Below are positions 31,715-33,463 of a stretch of DNA of 33,463 nucleotides, piece after piece; position 1 is the stretch's first letter, and each line of letters opens with the position of its first letter. The notes under the pieces were generated by a model. The model saw nothing but the letters and a program-made list of their open reading frames with translations. It did no database searches and had not been told where the DNA came from. The stretch is from the NCBI GenBank assembly GCA_043228905.1, contig JBHGNT010000337.1, positions 1 through 33,463 of the forward strand. The letters run 5' to 3'. The stretch is from Azolla caroliniana. Its lineage: Eukaryota > Plantae > Polypodiophyta. Position numbers and translations under genes: made by a program.

Positions 31715-33463
31715 ATGGCAAGGGATTTCGCAAGAAGGAGAGGAAGACGGGAAGAGGCGTACAAGTACGATCGACGCGAGTTCGATCTATGGGTGTCGTC
31801 GGCAAAGGCATTCCGGGAGTTCGATCTACGGTTTTCCCAATTTTCGGTCCGGGAACAAGAATCGGTGGGGGCGGACAAGGTTCCACTATTCTTGAAGTCG
31901 GTCAACAAAAGGGGAAGAATGGCCATTTTTCCCTACCTCAAAGACGATGAAGGGGCGTACGGCCTCACCGAAGATTGGAACGAGGTGGAATGGGCGTGCA
32001 TACAATGCGATGAGAGGCGGCCCACTAGCGGCGGAGAAGAGAGAGCGGGGACCAACTACGCACTACCACCGGAAGAGAGCTCAACGCAAATCGGTTCGGA
32101 AGAGCTCGACATCGAAGCCTTGGTGCGGGAAGCGTACGTGATTGTAGAGGCACAAATTGAAGCCGAAGAAGGGCTTATTGCGGAGTCGGGGCCGAGCGGA
32201 TCGGAGGATGAGGAGGCCGAAAGAGAATGGTACATCGGTACCACGGGAGAGGGTGCGGGACGAGCCACCCTCTCGACATGCGGAGAAAGATCGACCGAGG
32301 ACGAGGTCGGGGACGGTGAGGCGGCGATCGCCGGTTCGAGCGGACATGAAGGAGTTCAGGCATGAAGGCCCGAAACATCGAGCGGGGAGGAGACAAGCGG
32401 CGGTGCCGCGACCTTACACACACCGGCCCTAGAGGCACCGGCCGTCGGCCCGATTGCCGGCATGAGACCTACAGCGACGGGCGGTGGCGGCGGCAAGGCG
32501 GGCAACCGAGACAACGGTAAGGAGACCGTGGAAGAGGAGGCGGCAAGCATAATTGATGCTTGCATATACGGAGGCGGGGTAGCCACGGACGACGATGTCC
32601 GAATGGAGGTGGCTACGGGCATAGCATCGACGAGCGGCGGCATTGCTACCTTACACGCACCGGTTCAAGAGACCCCGGCGGCCAGCCCGAGTGCCCGCGT
32701 GAGACCTAAGGTAACGAACAGTGGCGGCGGCAAGGCGGGCGACCACGGCGACGATGTGGGAGAGGGTGCGGAGCGAGCGACCCTCTCGACTTGTGGAAAG
32801 AGGACGGCCATGGATGAGGCCGATATTTACGGAGCAATGGATGCCACTTCGAGAGTGGGCGATATCTACGAGGATTTCGCGAGCATACTCGAGGCTTGCG
32901 AAATCGAGGAAGAAGAGGAGACGAGCGGCGGTGCCGCGACCTTCCACACACCGGTCCTAGAGACTCCGGCAACCGGCTCGAGAGCCGGTGTGAGACCTAG
33001 AGAGACGGACGGTGGCGGCGGCAAGGCGGGCAACCGAAATGACGAAGAGGAGGTTGCGGATCAACGTGAGACCGGAGAGACGGCGGGTGGCGGCGAGGAG
33101 TCGGAGGCCGAAGCGGACAAAGTTATCAGAGCGGGTATCCGGTATGAGATGATGGACGAGCGGGTCCAAGACGGCGAGCCCGGGTCGGAACGGGCTACGG
33201 TGACAAAGGAAGAAGTGGCCAACATGGAGGTCGGGTCTACGGCGGATGAAGGGCGTAACACGAAGCATGCATTACGATCGGTGAAGGGCCCAAGAACGAG
33301 CATGCATCCGAGAGAGCGTCAACGAGTGACCGGAAACGGTGGACCGATTGAGCCTTTGAGAGGCGAGGACTCGGTGGTGGACCGAGAGTGGGAGGAACCC
33401 TCCACACCTACCCGTGAGGCATCGGCGGTCGCGGATCGAAAGGAGAACGAAGAAACGGTGGGT
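31715..33463 (+). pseudogene. Gag-like reading frame with a long acidic/Gly-rich repeat extension (one in-frame TGA at 32363-32365)
   Basis: FREFDLRFSQFS..EQE...KVPLFLKSV...LKDDEGAYGLTEDWNEV resembles Gag of non-seed-plant gypsy elements. The same frame stays open from 32366 to the window end. Confidence 0.6.

Larger units (their letters stand above)
30915..33463 (+). mobile_element. Ty3/gypsy-like LTR retrotransposon (5' part), tRNA-Trp primed; runs off the right edge
   Basis: Copia RT stops abruptly at TGTCG; the LTR ends CGACA; PBS TGGTGAACCCGACGTGAA; Gag-like ORF follows. No pol is visible in the window, so the superfamily is inferred. Confidence 0.75.

Overview
Eukaryotic, almost certainly plant, heterochromatin-like DNA made almost entirely of nested transposable elements; no host gene is recognisable. 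A non-seed land plant such as a fern is inferred from the element types. Three nests can be rebuilt from target-site duplications (TSDs) and restored reading frames. (1) A decayed minus-strand L1-type LINE (LINE-C, 1-1018 plus 6545-7947) is split by a very young, intact Ty1/copia element (1019-6544; GCTAG TSD; LTRs differ by one TC unit; 1343-aa gag-pol). (2) A decayed plus-strand LINE (LINE-A, ~7944-8438 plus 16702-17503) is split by a non-autonomous hAT-like element (8439-16693; 12-bp TIRs, 8-bp TSD ATTGGAAT). That element contains an intact, apparently full-length LINE (LINE-B, 8563-16101; 17-bp TSD; ORF1 508 aa, ORF2 1458 aa). LINE-B has an unusual 1.6-kb 3' region: six ~165-bp tandem units, each ending in a 3' splice-acceptor-like signal, followed by a small 56-aa ORF. 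(3) A decayed LINE-D (21933-26696), whose ORF1, an extra ~190-aa region and the endonuclease share one frame, is interrupted by a decayed copia (26697-30914). That copia is interrupted by a tRNA-Trp-primed gypsy-like element (30915-end) with a repeat-rich acidic Gag-like frame. 17.5-21.9 kb is AT-rich, low-complexity DNA with only weak TE remnants.
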